Assembly: GCA_026770705.1 (NCBI GenBank)
Contig: JANJGN010000021.1
Span: 88,474,001 to 88,538,000 of the forward strand
From: Isurus oxyrinchus
Lineage: Eukaryota
DNA: 64,000 nt
Direction of reading: 5' to 3'
Part shown: piece after piece, positions 1-13,762 of the stretch
How positions within the stretch are numbered: the stretch's first letter is position 1
Layout: every line of letters starts with the position of its first letter
Program-made: the position numbers and the translations under genes
The notes under the pieces: model-generated
Database searches by the model: none
What the model was told of the DNA's origin: nothing
The model's input: the letters and a program-made list of their open reading frames with translations, nothing else

Positions 1-99
1 TGCAGACAATCCTGTCATGATTTCCGTGGAGTCTGCGAGATGGTGAATTGTGTGGAACCAGACTCCTCCAGTCTGAGCAGTGGATCACCAGCATCCTCA

Positions 100-900
100 C
101 TCGCTGAGCCGTATGGGACGGAGATGTAAGGAAGATGCTTGAGGTTGGGTGGGAGGATTTTTCCTGCCGAATTGATTTGGAGTCTGGGCTTGAGCTCAGG
201 CTGCTCCTTTCAGGCATGGGCAAAGAGGGCACCCATATTCATTTTTATCACCGTCGTCTGGTCAGCCCTTTCAATTGAGGATGCTGCCTGCTAGGCTCCA
301 TGAATTGTGTGTCCTCAGGTGACCCACCAGGACCAATCCTGAAGCCACAGGTCTTTGGGCAGAGAGGATAAGAGTTGCTCTGGGGAATGGTGGTTTCTCA
401 AGCCAGGGTCTGCTGTCTCTCCTGCTTTCCTAGCTTCTGTGCCACAGGGTTTATGCAGCCAGCTTCCAGCCATGTGGCAGCTCGTTGGATGAGGCACTGC
501 CACATGACAGGGTTTAAGGCAAGTTCCTGCCACATACAGATGTCAATGGTCCCCTTTTTAATGAGGCATTCAGAGTATCCATAAAACATTCCCTCTGTGC
601 TCCAGGGGATTGAGATCAGGTGCTTTCCTTTAAGTGTGAAGAGAATCTGCTTCCAAAGATGATTATTTGCCATGAGGATGAGGTGCTCAGACCAGTGGAG
701 TTGATTTCACTTGACCATGGTTGCAATGCTGGAGGAGTTGGCTTCAGGGAGGATGCTGGGGTTTGCTTGCCTGTCCTGCCACTTGACTTTGAGCATCCTG
801 TGGAGACACTGCTGCTGGTGCCTGGGGGTGCCTTTGGTCAGTGGCCCAAGTTACACTGCCATGTAGAAGGGTGGTGACAACAACAGCATTGTAGAACAAA
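100..900 (-). mobile_element. RTE-clade LINE 3' fragment, decayed
   Basis: Remnants of the RTE ORF C-terminus (..QILF..IDICMWQELALN..WQCLI..). Confidence 0.6.
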
Positions 901-977
901 GCCTTTGACTTCTTAAGGAGGTCTCTGTTGTTGAAGCCCCACCTCCTTACACGTCAGCAAAGACATTTTTCCGCACG

Positions 978-1675
978 GGTCAGAATATTGCTGTCAGGGT
1001 GCAGGGGTGGGCCTGATACGCCGACGCGTAAAATGACGTGAGGTGATGTCAGGCGTGCGTGCTGATGTCATCAAGTGTCATTTCGATCTTTCGTTCGGCG
1101 GGTGCACACCGGAGTTGGTTGCGCACTCGCCGAACTGTCAGCGGCCTATTAAGGCCATTTAAAAAGTAATTAAGCTCATTAACAATGCTGCCCATCCAAC
1201 CTTAAGCTGGCGGACAGTGAAGAGCCCAGACGGCCTTTGCGTTTTTCAGGAAACGTCATCCACGGGAGGGATGAGATTTCCTGAAGGTTTTATAAAATCA
1301 TGAAATAAAATTTGCTGAAATCACAAACATGTCCCGGCTCATGTGACACTGTCACATAAGGGGATATGTTTAAATAATTTTTAACTTTATTTTCAAAAAG
1401 CTTGTATTATTAACTTGATCTCCCTGAGGCAGCTCTGTGCCTCAGGGAGATTTCTGTACTCTTTAAGCGCGCATGAATGAGAGAGCGCAGGCCCCTCCTC
1501 TCCCTCCTCTCCCCTGCCCTCATAGGTAGCGCTGAGCGCTACCGGCCGCACATTACACTGGGTTGGCCTTAATTGGCTCGCCTGTATAAAATGGTGGCAT
1601 GCAGCCACAGATAAGCTTCGTGCCCACCCTCGCCCACTCCTGAACAGCCCACCCGCTGCCTGAAAAATTCAGGCC
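978..1675 (+). mobile_element. Harbinger-type MITE, ~700 bp, inserted in an RTE LINE
   Basis: TIRs GGTCAGAATATT / AAAATTCAGGCC; 3-bp TSD ACG/ATG; its left subterminal region resembles 43846-43990. Confidence 0.8.
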
Positions 1676-2400
1676 ATGGTTTCTGGCCCTCCAGGGGAAC
1701 TACAGGCATGATTTTTGTCGCTTGATAAATCACAGACAAGTGCCTGGAAAATATAGAGGGTCCTCCATGTCTTTTATTGATCATTGAAAGGCTTTTGACT
1801 CCATTAACTCTGAAGCCCTTTGGAAACTCCTCCAGAGACTTGAATGTCCAGCAAATTTTGTTACTACTCTGCAACTCCTGCATGGCAATAAGACAACAAC
1901 CTTTACAGTGGACTGGAGGCTGAACCCTTTGTATCTGAATAAGCATCAAGCACGGCTGCGAGATTCTACCAACTCTCTTTGCTATCTATCTCAGCCTGGT
2001 CTTGGAGCTCATTTGCGACCAACTTCCATGAGGGGGTCATGATTGAGTTTCAACTCGATGGGAAACATTTCGATCTCAACAGGCTGAGAGCCAAGACTAA
2101 GGTATAGGTATATCCACAACTTACAATATGCCCGCACTGTGGCCCACATTGCAGGCGACAACCTGACCACCTTAAACCTCTTCAACTCCACATACAAAAG
2201 ATTTGGTGTCTCACACAATGTCATCAAGAACAAAATCCTTCACCAATCCTCCCCCGAACAGTAGCTGCATCTCCAGCTTCTGTCATTAAGGGGGAGACTT
2301 AAGTCGTTGAACACTTCTCATATCTCAGCAGCTGCCTTTTTAAAAAGGTCAAAAGGAGGAAATCCACCAAGAATCAACTGGGTGAGTGCAGCCTTCTTTT
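1676..2400 (+). mobile_element. RTE-clade LINE RT fragment, decayed
   Basis: GF(R)PSRGTTGMIF..KAFDSINSEALWKLL..KHGCEILPTLFAIYL. Confidence 0.7.
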
Positions 2401-3769
2401 TTACACAATGTGGCTAAGAATCACGATCATTACAGCTGAAAGGTAAGAGCTATTTAATTGGCATATGATTCATTATTAGATTTTTCAATCATATTAACAT
2501 TTTTATCCTGCCTCATACATCTGAGAAATTCTTCTGACTGTGACGCACTATCTAAAAAAAACCTGTTATTTAAATTTCTGATCAATGCTTGCAGACAGAT
2601 AATTTCTTAGCCTTTCCTGCCAGAGCATTAGGTGTTAATTCTAAAATGGTTATGTGACCACATATGTTCCAGTTGCTATCGAGTGGAGGTTGTGTCAGAT
2701 TTGAATCTTTATTTCTGTTTCTTGTTTATTCAACTGCTGAGCCTGATACGCAGTATACAGATACCAACTGGCTTTAAAACAAGAAAGTAGCTGAGAGATA
2801 GCTGAGTGACCACTGAAGTGACTGATTATGCCTCATTACAGAATATGAACATAAAAAAAAATGCATCCTGTTTAAACAGGCCTCCACCTTACAACACAAT
2901 TGTTGACAATGATCTCATCTTAAATCTCTCCCTTCCTCTTTCACTGCAATTTTCAATTCAGGAGAAAGGGACAAATCTTCAGGACAGTTCAAAGCTGGAA
3001 GTACAGATTAAACTCTGGAACAGCCTTCAATTAATGGCAGCTGGAATATCTGTGTTGACTTAAACATTGAAGAATTTTACATTCTGCACAGGAAGAAATG
3101 AGGCTGATGAGGTTTATTTAGGCCATTGCACAACATGAAATTGACACCTCCTTCATTCCTCCCCGCAGAAGAAAGCAATAACATATCAAGCTTGAATGGT
3201 TCACAAAGCTTAGTCCTGCTACGCATGTAAACACCTTGCGACATTGCCTACAGTCAGTTTCTGAATGCAAGTTAACCAGAGAATTACATGTGAACATATA
3301 AACATATGTACGAATGTATTAGGAATAGGAGTAGGCCACTTGGCCCCTTGAGCCTCCACCACCATTCAATAAGATCTTGGCTGATCTGAATGTAACCCTG
3401 ACATCACATTCCTGCCTGACCCCCGATAACTTTTCACCCCTTGTTAATCAAGAATCTATCTAGCTCTGCCTTAAAAATATTCAAAGTCTGCTTCCACCAC
3501 CTTTTGAGGAAGAGAGTTCTATAGACTCACAACCCACTGAGAGTTGGGACAGGGGTTTCAAAAACGTACTCAAGTGGACAAACCAGTATCCTGTGTTACA
3601 GGCAATGGTTTACAGACAAAATTTCCATGGTTGAATGTTTACATAGGCAGATTCAAGTTAGATGTTGAAATAAAAGTGTGACCAAGTATTGCGCCAATAG
3701 TAAGTGTGTGGCATATGAAATAACGTCAAGCAGACCCTTAGGACCAAGCTGATGGATTTAAAGGCCTGC

Positions 3770-4325
3770 GCTACAGCTATGAGGAAAAGAAGCTCAACAA
3801 ATTTTATTCTTAGCTGTTTGTGGCACATTATGGGCATATCATGGAGGACAAAGGCAGAGCTTCCAAGTTTGTTAGTATTCATCTAACAGAGGTGGCTGCA
3901 TTGGCTTGGGCACATTCGGATGGAAGACAATCGCATATCCAAGGACTTTCTGTGCAGTGAGGTTGGTGGAGCCAGACAACCGAAAGGATTCCCGAAGCTC
4001 TGCTCTAAGAACGCGTGCAAGCCTGAGATGAAGGCCCTGAATGCCAATTATCACACCTGGGAGTCATTCGCTGATAACACAGGAAAATGGCGACACCTCC
4101 TGAGGGCTGGCATGCACCACCACGGTGACTAATGGCTATAGCGGTTTGGCAACAGTTGCTAGTATTAAAATCAATAATCCACATTGATACTTGGCAGCTT
4201 TACGTGCGGAACCTGCCTCTCAAGGATTGGCCTCTTTAGCCCTCAACAAAGGTGCACCAAATGAAGACACCCCATGTTTGCTGCATGTCCTTCATTTTTT
4301 GTAGATGGAAGGATGCCAGCAAGAA
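3770..4325 (+). mobile_element. RTE-clade LINE 3' end
   Basis: HIMGISW..WLGHIRMEDNRISKDFL..MKALN...TWE. Confidence 0.75.
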
Positions 4326-4560
4326 AGAAAATATATGCATACATCTCAACGGTAACATCCACACAACAACAGTAAAGGTTTGTATTTCCTATTGACAATG
4401 ACGCAAAGCTAAATATCCTAATCAGCATCAAAGTCCCCTGCTCTAAAAGAAATGCATCTAAAGTCTTGCCCTATAATTGTTAAGTCAGTGAGCATTGAGG
4501 CGTTAGCTATGGCTTAGCAGGGAGCACTCTCACCTGTCAGTCAGGGATTATGCGTTCAAG

Positions 4561-4680
4561 GACATTCGACTCGAAACGTTTACTCTGTTTCTCTCTCCAC
4601 AGATGATGCTAGACCTGCTGAGTATTTCCAGCACTTTCTGTTTTTATTTCAGATTTCCAGCATCCCGTAGTATCTTGCTT
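4561..4680 (+). mobile_element. PLE-type tail fragment
   Basis: gactcgaaacgtttactctgtttctctctccacagat..gacctgctgagtatttccagc. Confidence 0.7.
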
Positions 4681-7147
4681 CTATTTAATGTTCTTCAATG
4701 TATTTTTGTTTGGTAGCAGAAGTTAACAACAAGCGATCCTGCTGTGTTATGCAGTGAGATGAAGTTGGCTGAATCGACAGGAGCTATGGGAAGGAAGATG
4801 TATGCTACTGATGAGAATATTGAACATGGTCGGATTCAGATATTGAGGGACTGATCGTAAAATAATGATTGCGCTGTTTATATTGGATCATTCTGCGAAA
4901 ACGTACCAACTGATAATTTACATTAAAAGTATGAAAATTACAATGTTGGCTACAAGCATTGAACTATAACTGGTCTTCTAGCCCTAAGTATAAAACCCAA
5001 TCCTTTCTAATTAGTTCCTCTATTTCGTAGACGTACATATTTAATAGCATACTTCAAATTTCTTGGCCTAAAAGGAAACTGTCATACAGCATAGCTAAAT
5101 AGGGGAAGTCAGGGCAGGAGTTTTTATAAGATTATGAAAGGTTTTGTTCGGACTGGTGAGAAAGATTGTGGGATTGATTTTCAATTTGCTGCCCAGGTGT
5201 AAAACTAGTGTGCAGATTGTTATATGACCACATGCATTATATTCTCATTGAAGCAATAGAAATGAAAGTCAAGTGGTTTCTATCAGGACAACATGTGTGT
5301 AATGGCACTTTAATGCCTGGGCATTGTTGAAAAGCTATCCTGACGTTATCTGGTTGCAGAGCCCTGATGTGAGGCTTTATCAACTTAGAGTAATCAATAA
5401 GTTTACTTACTGGTCGAGGCAGGAATCTTCACAACATTTAAGAAGTATTTAGCTGAGCACTTGAAACACCATAGCATATAGGGCTATGGGCCGAGTGCTG
5501 GAAAATGGGATTAGAATAGATAGGTGCTTGATGGCTGGCACGCACATGATGGGCCGAAGTGCCTGTTTCTGTGCTGTATAACTCTATGACTCTAAGTAGG
5601 GGTAAGGAGAGAGCTTAGGGTCAATTTGCATGTAGGGGCTTGTTGGGTCATGGAGTGCTTTCCCACAGAGAATGGTTGTTGCAGAGATCACAGTATTTTT
5701 TTATTTATTCTGTCATGGGATGTGGACATCACAGGCAAGGCAGCATTTGTTGTCTGTCCTTAAGTGGCCTTGAACTGAGAGGCTTGATAGGCCACTTCAG
5801 AGGGCAGTTAAGGGTCAGCCATATTGCTGTAGGCCACATCAGGTAAGGATGGCAGATTTCCTTCTCTAGAGGGTATTGGTGAACCAGATGGGTTTTTACT
5901 GCAGTTGACAATGGTTTCATGATCACTATCACTGAGACCAGTTTTTAATTCCGGGTTTTATTATTCGAATTTAAATTCCACCAATTGCCACAGTGGCATT
6001 TGAACCGAAGTTCCCAGAGCATTCATCTGGTTCCCTGGCTTACTAGTGTAGTGACATTGTCACTATGCCACCAAATTATCTTCTAATTAAACAAGCAGTT
6101 AAAGCAGAAGGAGCTATAGAGCTATGGGAATAGCATGGGGCAGTGGGATTATTTTTGGATCGCTCCAGCAAAAAGCTGGCATAGACAAGTTGGGCAAAAT
6201 GGGCTCCTTTGGTGCTGGACACTTATATGACTCCAAGATATGAAATTGGGCATCTCAACTGGCAAAGCTTCCTGGTGAGATTTTCGATATAGGGCTCCCC
6301 TAATTCCTGTCCCCTTTCAGAGCTGCATAAGTCCTGCCAAATGCTGTGTTGTGTTCAAACCCTTGGAACTCTCCCTTATAGGGATTTCCTTGTCCTGGCC
6401 AATAATTATGACTCAACTAACACCACTGAAACAAATGATCTGGTCATTATCACATTGCTAACAACATAAGAATATAAGAAATAGGATCAGGATAAGACCA
6501 TACAGTCCATCGAGCCTGCTCTGCCATTCAATACGATCATGGCTGATCTTTGGCTTTAACTCCACTTTCCCAACCACTCCTCATATCTCTTGATTCCCCG
6601 AGAAGCCAAAAATCTGTCTTTCCCAGACATAAACATATTTAATGATGGTGCATCCACAACCCTCTGTCATAGAGAACTCCAAAGATTCACAACCCCTTGA
6701 GTGAAGAAATTTCTCCTCACCTTAGCCCTAAGTGATTGGCCCCTTATCCTGAGACCTTTCCCCCATGTTCTAGATTCCCCAGCCAGAGCAAACAACCTCT
6801 CAGTATCTACCTTGTCAAGCTCTTTCATAACCCTGAATGTTTCAATGAGATCTCCTTTCATTCTTCTAAACTCCAGAGAATATAGACCCATTTACTCAGG
6901 CTTTTGTCAGAGGACAATATTCTCATCCCAGGGACCAATTTAGTGAACATATGCTGTAATGCCTCCAGTGGAAGTATATCCTTCCTTTAACATGGAGACC
7001 AGAAGGGTACACAGTACTTTATGTGCACCAAAGCCCTGTAAAATGGTCTCAAGATTTCTTCATTCCTGTACTCCAAATCCCCTGCAATAAAGGCCGACAT
7101 TCCACTTACTTTCCTAATTGTTTGCTGTACCTGCATGCTAACCTTTT

Positions 7148-7889
7148 GGCCTGAATTTTTCGGATGGTGGGGTCTTGCTTCCAGACATCTGAAGAGTCAG
7201 TGGGGTACATGTCCCTGCCGACTCCGAGTGTCCCGCAACAATTTCATACTCGAATACTTGGCTGCAGGCGGGACTTCCACCCCTCACTCAGGAGGAAGTC
7301 CCACCTTAGAGAGCTGCCGGCCAATCAGATTGGCCAGCAGCTCTCTAGTCCCTGCGGTGACAGTGCAGCAGTGGATGGAAGAAGAAATGCAGGAAGGCAC
7401 CTGAGATCAAGACTGGCCACCATTGACCCAGGTAAGTTCAAGAGGTCCCAGGGCAGGGAGGATAGTGAAGGCTTTGGAGGACATTGAGGGGGTGTTTGGG
7501 GTCCTGAGAGAGAGGCCAGGAGTGAGTGGTAGGGAGGGAGGTCTGGGGACCACCAGACTTTAATGGAGGGGTTGACTTCAGGAGGGGGCTTCTCATGGAG
7601 GCACCTCCCTCCCCCTTCCCAGCCAGGATCTAACTCCGTTTAATTTCAGCCTTCTCCCACGCGAGTTCAATCCTCCCGCCAGCCTAAAAATTGAGGCTGG
7701 AAGGCAAACGGCCCTCAAGTGTCCAAGAATTGGCCACTTAAGGGCCTCAGTTGGGGCGAGGATGATCCACTCCTCCAAAGCCTTGCTTGCGCTAGCCATA
7801 TGTGGGACCAGGGCAGGTGGGAACCTGGAGAGAATCCCATCTCTTCCCTGCCTAAAAACCTGCTGGTGGGGGAGTATAAAATTCTGGCC
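7148..7889. mobile_element. Harbinger-type MITE nested in CR1
   Basis: TIRs GGCCTGAATTTT / AAAATTCTGGCC, TSD TTT; CR1 sequence resumes on both sides. Confidence 0.85.
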
Positions 7890-9940
7890 TTTGTATTACT
7901 TGTACAAGTACACCCAAGTCTCTCTGTACAGCAACATTTACAATTTCACATCATCTAAAAACATATTTTGTTTTCTGGTCACACGATCAAAGTGAATAAG
8001 CTCACACTTCCCCGTATTTTACACCATTTGTCACCTTGTTGCCAACTCACTTAACCTATCCCTTTGCAGTCTCTTTGTATCCTCCTCACAGCTTGCATTC
8101 GCAGCTAGATTTGTATCATCAACAACTTTAGATACATTTCTTTCTATCTCTTTGTCTAAATCATTTATATAGATTGTAAATAGCTGAGGGCCCAGCACTG
8201 ATCCTTGCAGCACTCCACTAGCCATAGGCTGCCAATTTGAAAATGCCCCACTTATCCCTATTCTCTCCTCCCTGCCAGTTAAACAATCCTCTATTCAGGC
8301 CAATATATCACTCTCAACTCCAAGATCCCTCATCTTGTGTGTCAACATTTTGTGTGACAGCTTGCCAAATGCTTTTTGGAAGTCCAAATATACTACATCT
8401 ATTAGTCCCCCTTTTCTACCCTACTAGTTAAATCCTCAACAAACTCTAACAGATTTATCAAACAGGATCTTCCTTCTGTAAAACCATGGTGACTTGTTCT
8501 AATCATAACATGCATTTCTAAGTGCATTTTTAAGACTTGTTTAATAATAGATTCCAACACATTCCCTATGACAGATGTCGGGCTAACTGGCCTGTATGTT
8601 CCTGTTTTCTTTCTCCCTCCTTTCTCAAATAACAGTGTTACACTTGCTAACTTCCAACCTGCTAGGTCTGTTCCAGAATTTAGCGAATTTCAAAAAATTA
8701 TAGCTAGTGCATCTACTACCTCTGCAACTATCTCTTTTAGAACCCCAGGATATAGGCCATCAGGTCTTTGCTATTTGTGAGATTTTAGTCACTTCATTTT
8801 CTCCAGTGCTTTTCCTCTGCTGATTTGAATTGCCTTAATTTCCTTGCTCTTAGCAGCCCCTCGGTTACTTTGCATTTCTGGAAGGCAACTTGTGTCTTCT
8901 ACTGTGAAGACAGAGACAAAATATTTGTTCAATGTCTCTTATATTTCCACATTTCTCATGCTAATTTCTCCTGCCTCTGCTTCAAAGGGGCCAACATTTA
9001 TTTTAGTTTTATATACTTGTTAAAGCTCTTAATAATCTGTTTTATATTCCTGGCTAGTTTATCCTCATATTCTATTTTTTTCCCTTTTTTATTAACTTTA
9101 TGGTGGGCTTTTGTTAGTTTCCAAAACATACCCAATTGTCAGACTTATTACTGTTCTTTGCAACATTATAAGCCTCTTCCTTTTAGCTAATACAAACCTT
9201 AACCTCCTTGGTAAGGAATAGATGGGTCATTCTCACTGAGTCTGTGTTTTTCAATGGGATGTATTTTCATTGAACATTTTGAAATGTTCCTTTAAATGTT
9301 TCCCACTGTTTATTTATCATCATATCTTTAATTTTATTTTCTCAGTCCACCTTAGTCAGTTTTTTCCACATTCCTATGTAATTGGCTTTGCTTAATTTTA
9401 AGATTCTTGTTTGTGATTGGAACACAGTAAGTTGTTATCAAAGTTAATGTGAAATTTAGTGCTATTATGATCACTATTTTCCAGTGGATCTTTTACTCTG
9501 ACATTACTAATTAACCCTGCCACAATGCACAATATTAGAACTAAAATAGCTTTATCCCTTAATGGTTCCACAATGTATTGCTCCAAGAAACTGTCCTGAA
9601 AGAATTCTACAAATTAATTTTCCAGACCACCTTTTCCAATTTGATTGGTCCAGTTTAAATGAAGGTGAAACCTCCACCCCCATATCTATTGCATTGCCTT
9701 TGTTACAAGCTCCAATAATTTCTTATTTAATGTTCTGTCCAAAGATATAACGACAGTTAGGGGCCTATAAATTACTCGCACCAGCCTTTACTATTCTTGC
9801 TATTCCTAATCTCCACCCATAATGATTCAATGTCCTGATTTTCTGAGCCAAGATCCTTTCTCACTAGCATCCTCGTGCTATCCTTTGTTATTAGGATACA
9901 CCTCCTCCTTTTTCCATTCTGCCTGTCTTTTTGAAATGTT

Positions 9941-10658
9941 CGGCTGGATTTACATGCCTGTGCCAGTGTATTTGAAGGTGAGGGAGCTTGTAAGATCCAG
10001 TGGTTTGCCCTCCGACATTCTACTAGTCCATCCCCAACCTACCTGAGATTTTATGGGGGCTGGTGGAGTTGTCAGGTGGCCCATCCACCCTTGGCCTTCC
10101 TGTGGCCCTTAACTAGCCAATTAATTACCAATTAAGGGGCTCAGCTCACCCCCTCCTCCATTTTACCCTTGGCTGGTGGAGGCGAGGCCTAAGCCACATG
10201 GGAAGCCTGGCAGCTTCAGTTGCTTGGGCTGGTTGCAGGCTAGTGGGGCAGGGATCTTCCTTAGCAGGTCCCTTAGCCCCATAGGGACAACCACATGTCT
10301 TAGGCTCCCCTATCCTGACCCCACCAGCCTCCCTAATGCAGCCCTCTACCCACTTCATCCCAGTCCCGACAACACCTTAAACTTACCCGTCCTGGGTCTT
10401 TTTTGCCTGGCTTCCTGTAGTCCCAGCAGTGGCCACCGTGCCTCCCTGGCACTGCTGCAGCCAGAACTTCCAATTAGCCAGCATTTCTCTATGGTGGGGC
10501 TTCCACCTGAGGTAGGGGTGGAAGTCTTCCTTTCAGCAATGAACGCTGCTCCAAGTGTTAAATTGCTGCGATGCAGCCAGCAGTATCATGGACGGGCTTC
10601 CCTTCCCGACATTATAGCCAATGGGGACGGAAATCATGGTGCCCTTAAAATCCAGCCC
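9941..10658. mobile_element. Harbinger-type MITE nested in CR1
   Basis: TIRs CGGCTGGATTT / AAAATCCAGCCC, TSD GTT/ATT; the empty site is visible in the paralogous CR1 at ~19760-19780. Confidence 0.82.
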
Positions 10659-11195
10659 ATTGTGTATCTTGGAATATTTATTTCCCAATTTTGGTCACCT
10701 AGTAACCAAGTCCCTGTAATGACGACTAGCTCTAAACCGTTTATCACAATTAATGCCACTAGTTCATCTATGTTTTTTCTGGTACTCCATACATTCAGAT
10801 AAAGTGACTTCAATATGAATTTTTTACTATTACTCATTGCATGGTCCTCTCTGTAGTACTATTACTGTTAGAATCTCTTTCCCTTCCTGGCCCACTTGTC
10901 TTTACCCACAGTAATATACTTTTCTATTGCCTCTTTTTTATATTTTTGATTTCTAAATCGCCCTTCACCTGAACCTACCTACCTACCTCTTTGTTAGTTT
11001 ATAGCCATTTTCCCCTACTCTGACCATACTTGCTGGTGCACTCTTACATTTGTATACTCTGGCCCTTCCTGTCACATCCTGTTTACCATTTCCCGTATCG
11101 TGACTCTGCATCATTGCCTCGTCCCTTCTCTTTATCAATTCCCCCTTCAAATGATCTGAAGATTGGTGAAGGTGTTCAGCAGGGTCAACTGCATG

Positions 11196-11576
11196 ATGCC
11201 CAGCCATGATAAAACTGGAGGGAAAGGGCATGCTTCGGGTGAGGGTCCCTCCCATGGAGCCGGCCTCCAGTTCCCTGTCAGCTATATTCACCAGCTGCAG
11301 CACAAGGGTCACTATGCCAAGCATGTTGGGGCCGGAGCACCCTGACTACCTGACCGCTGAGGTTCTCGAGCTGGCCAGCAACACGGCCCGGGACAACAAG
11401 ACCACCCACCTCATCCTCTGCCACCTGCAGCTCCACCATCTGCAATGACGAGGAGCTCAACAAGTGACTGGGAGGTGGGGGGGGGGGGGTGGTCACTGTA
11501 GCCCAGGGCAGGGTCCTGCCCAACATCCAGGCTGTGCTGCTGCCCAAGAAAAGTGGGCACACCCAGCAAGGTTTAA
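11196..11576 (+). pseudogene. H2A: Histone H2A pseudogene
   Basis: [25 protein letters not shown] / YLTAEVLELASNTARDNK / VLPNIQAVLLPKK spread over shifted frames; deletion, poly-G expansion and heavy CpG decay. Confidence 0.93.
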
Positions 11577-13762
11577 GCCTGAAGGGGCGAGATCAGAAAA
11601 AGATCAAAACCCTCTCCACAGCCCTCATTATACCACTCACCAGGACACTGGTCCCAGCATAATTCAGGTGAAGACCATTCCAAGCTATTTGTGGGATCTT
11701 GCTGTGTGCAAATTGATAGTCATTGTTGTAATATAGGAAACGTGGCAACAATTCAAAAGTAATCTATTGGCAATGAGGTGCTTTGGGATATCCTGGGAAC
11801 ATGAAAAGTGCTATATAAATGCAGCTCCTTTTTTTATTTATTCCACCTCCATCCAGCTGTCTATAGTACCCCTTAATTCACAGAGGGAAATTGGTTCAAG
11901 CTAATAGTGTAAAACTGACTGATAATGACTTGGCTGCTAGTTTTGCAACGTGCCCAATGTTCTTTATCACTGATTTCAGTTGAATAGGAAATCTGCAAAG
12001 CAGTGAAATATGCTAGGGTACAAAACACGCTGAAGTCCAGTTCACTCAGTTTCACCCGACTGCCATGGACCAATTTTGTCTGAAAGTTGCATTGCATCAA
12101 TTGAAATCAACAAGATAAATTGTATCTTCTGTAGCTTTGCCCACTAAAGGCAGGTCAAAGTTAATTTCCCCCAGGAGTGCAATATTCACATACAAGGCAA
12201 CTTTTTATGACCTCCATCCAGTGGTATAAGTGTGAAACTGCAGGTGTGACCAGGGGCAGGGGCAAGTAAAATCTGTAAAGCTGGTACCCGCAGGCAGGAC
12301 CACTGGCCCGAGTGGGGATTGTGCGGAATTGCACACATAGGTCACAATATGTGAGGTGGTGCCTTGCAACAAGTAAGGGAATATTTTTGAGGGGCTTGGG
12401 GCAGAGGAACATGGGTCAGGGGGTTTGTGGAGGAATTCATAGGTGAGCTCCGGTCTGTTTTTATCTCTCTCTTCATCCTCAACCTCCTCATCCTGATTGT
12501 AGCTAACTCAGAGGTGTTTAAATCTGGTTTCCCCCTTTTTTCTAATCATCTTCCTCCTCCTCTGACTCTATTTGTGTGGTGGTCCTGGAGGAAAGGAGCA
12601 TAAAGTTGGGGAATTATCTCTTGGTGTTAGGAAGACGGGAGGAGGGGTGGGAAGTTTGTGTTCTGCCTGCGTCACTTTGGGTGCAGGGTAATCGTGCATT
12701 GCGATCCAGATTTCAGGGACTATCTATTCTTAAATGCAATCTGTCCCTCATAAAGGGAAGTGTTCTGAATCACAAGTACACTTCTGATGAATACAATTAC
12801 TGCAATTGCAAATGAGGGAAGTGGACATCAGGACAAAGAGTAAGGGTCCCTCTAAGCTGTGTGGTCATTTGGTCGCACTGCGACCTGGAAGTTACCGTGC
12901 AGAAGTCATCCAGATGTGCGCAAAATATTTAAAAATACCACACACTTAAATGAAGCGTCTATCTCTGTACTTCTCTTTTCTCCTTTAAGACGCTCCATCA
13001 AACCTACCTCTTTAGCCGAGTTTCTTACCTGGCCTAGTGTCCTTTTTTGATAACGCCTCTTTAAAGTACCTTGGGAAAATTTTACAACATTAACGGCGCT
13101 ATAGGCATCCATGCTGTTGTCTAGAATTCAATGTAGAGGCACGTGTAGGTGCAGCACAGTGGTTAAAGCTGACCAAATGCTCATGCAGCCGAATTAAGCA
13201 GGTGGTGGACTGTCCAGTCCGTTGTGCCAGACACCATTCCATAGAGAACTGCATGGTACCAGTATGTGGCACCCTTATAGCGCCATGTGAGACTCCAGAT
13301 TTCAGGGGGAATAAATGGGCCTGCAAGAGCTATCAAAAAAAAAACCCAGGCTACTGTGGGAACAAGGCCCCCGCAGTGAGCGGACTCTCACCTTGCTTTG
13401 ACTCTGAAAGCCCTCCAGTTCAGACCAGCACAACAATTCATGAGTGGTCACCTTCAGAAATACTAACCCACCAACAGGCACTGCTGGCTCCTGTGGGCTG
13501 CGACAACTGTTGAGGCTGGATCTGACAAATCGAAAACACTTGCTCCCATTCTGTGAGCCGCAAGTTGCTTCCTGTAGCGGGAACGGGGTAATTTTAATTT
13601 CACTCTCTGGACTGGAAATCCATCGGTTGAGTGTGATGCTGCTTTGACACGGGGACGCATGAGTCAGCTAAAAATTGTCTCTCAAGACCCAGGATAGCCT
13701 CAGAATGAGTTCAGGTTTTAGTGCTGCAAAGTTTGTGTACAAGCGAGCAGAGGCTGAGCCAG

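Larger units (their letters stand above)
6463..11000 (-). mobile_element. Long decayed CR1 LINE (EN, RT, 3' tail) interrupted by two MITEs
   Basis: LYLNVWS..VITGTWL (EN), GVLQGSVLGPQLFTIYINDLD (RT), LYSLEFRRMKGDLIETF (C-terminus). Confidence 0.9.

Noticed and set aside
2806-3063. ORF with ITIM/ITSM-like TDYASL and PPPY motifs as a receptor tail exon
   Set aside because: An in-frame stop lies immediately upstream and there is no pyrimidine tract before it; such short motifs can arise by chance.
10176-10802. 208-aa ORF
   Set aside because: Spans a MITE-CR1 antisense junction and has no recognisable domain.
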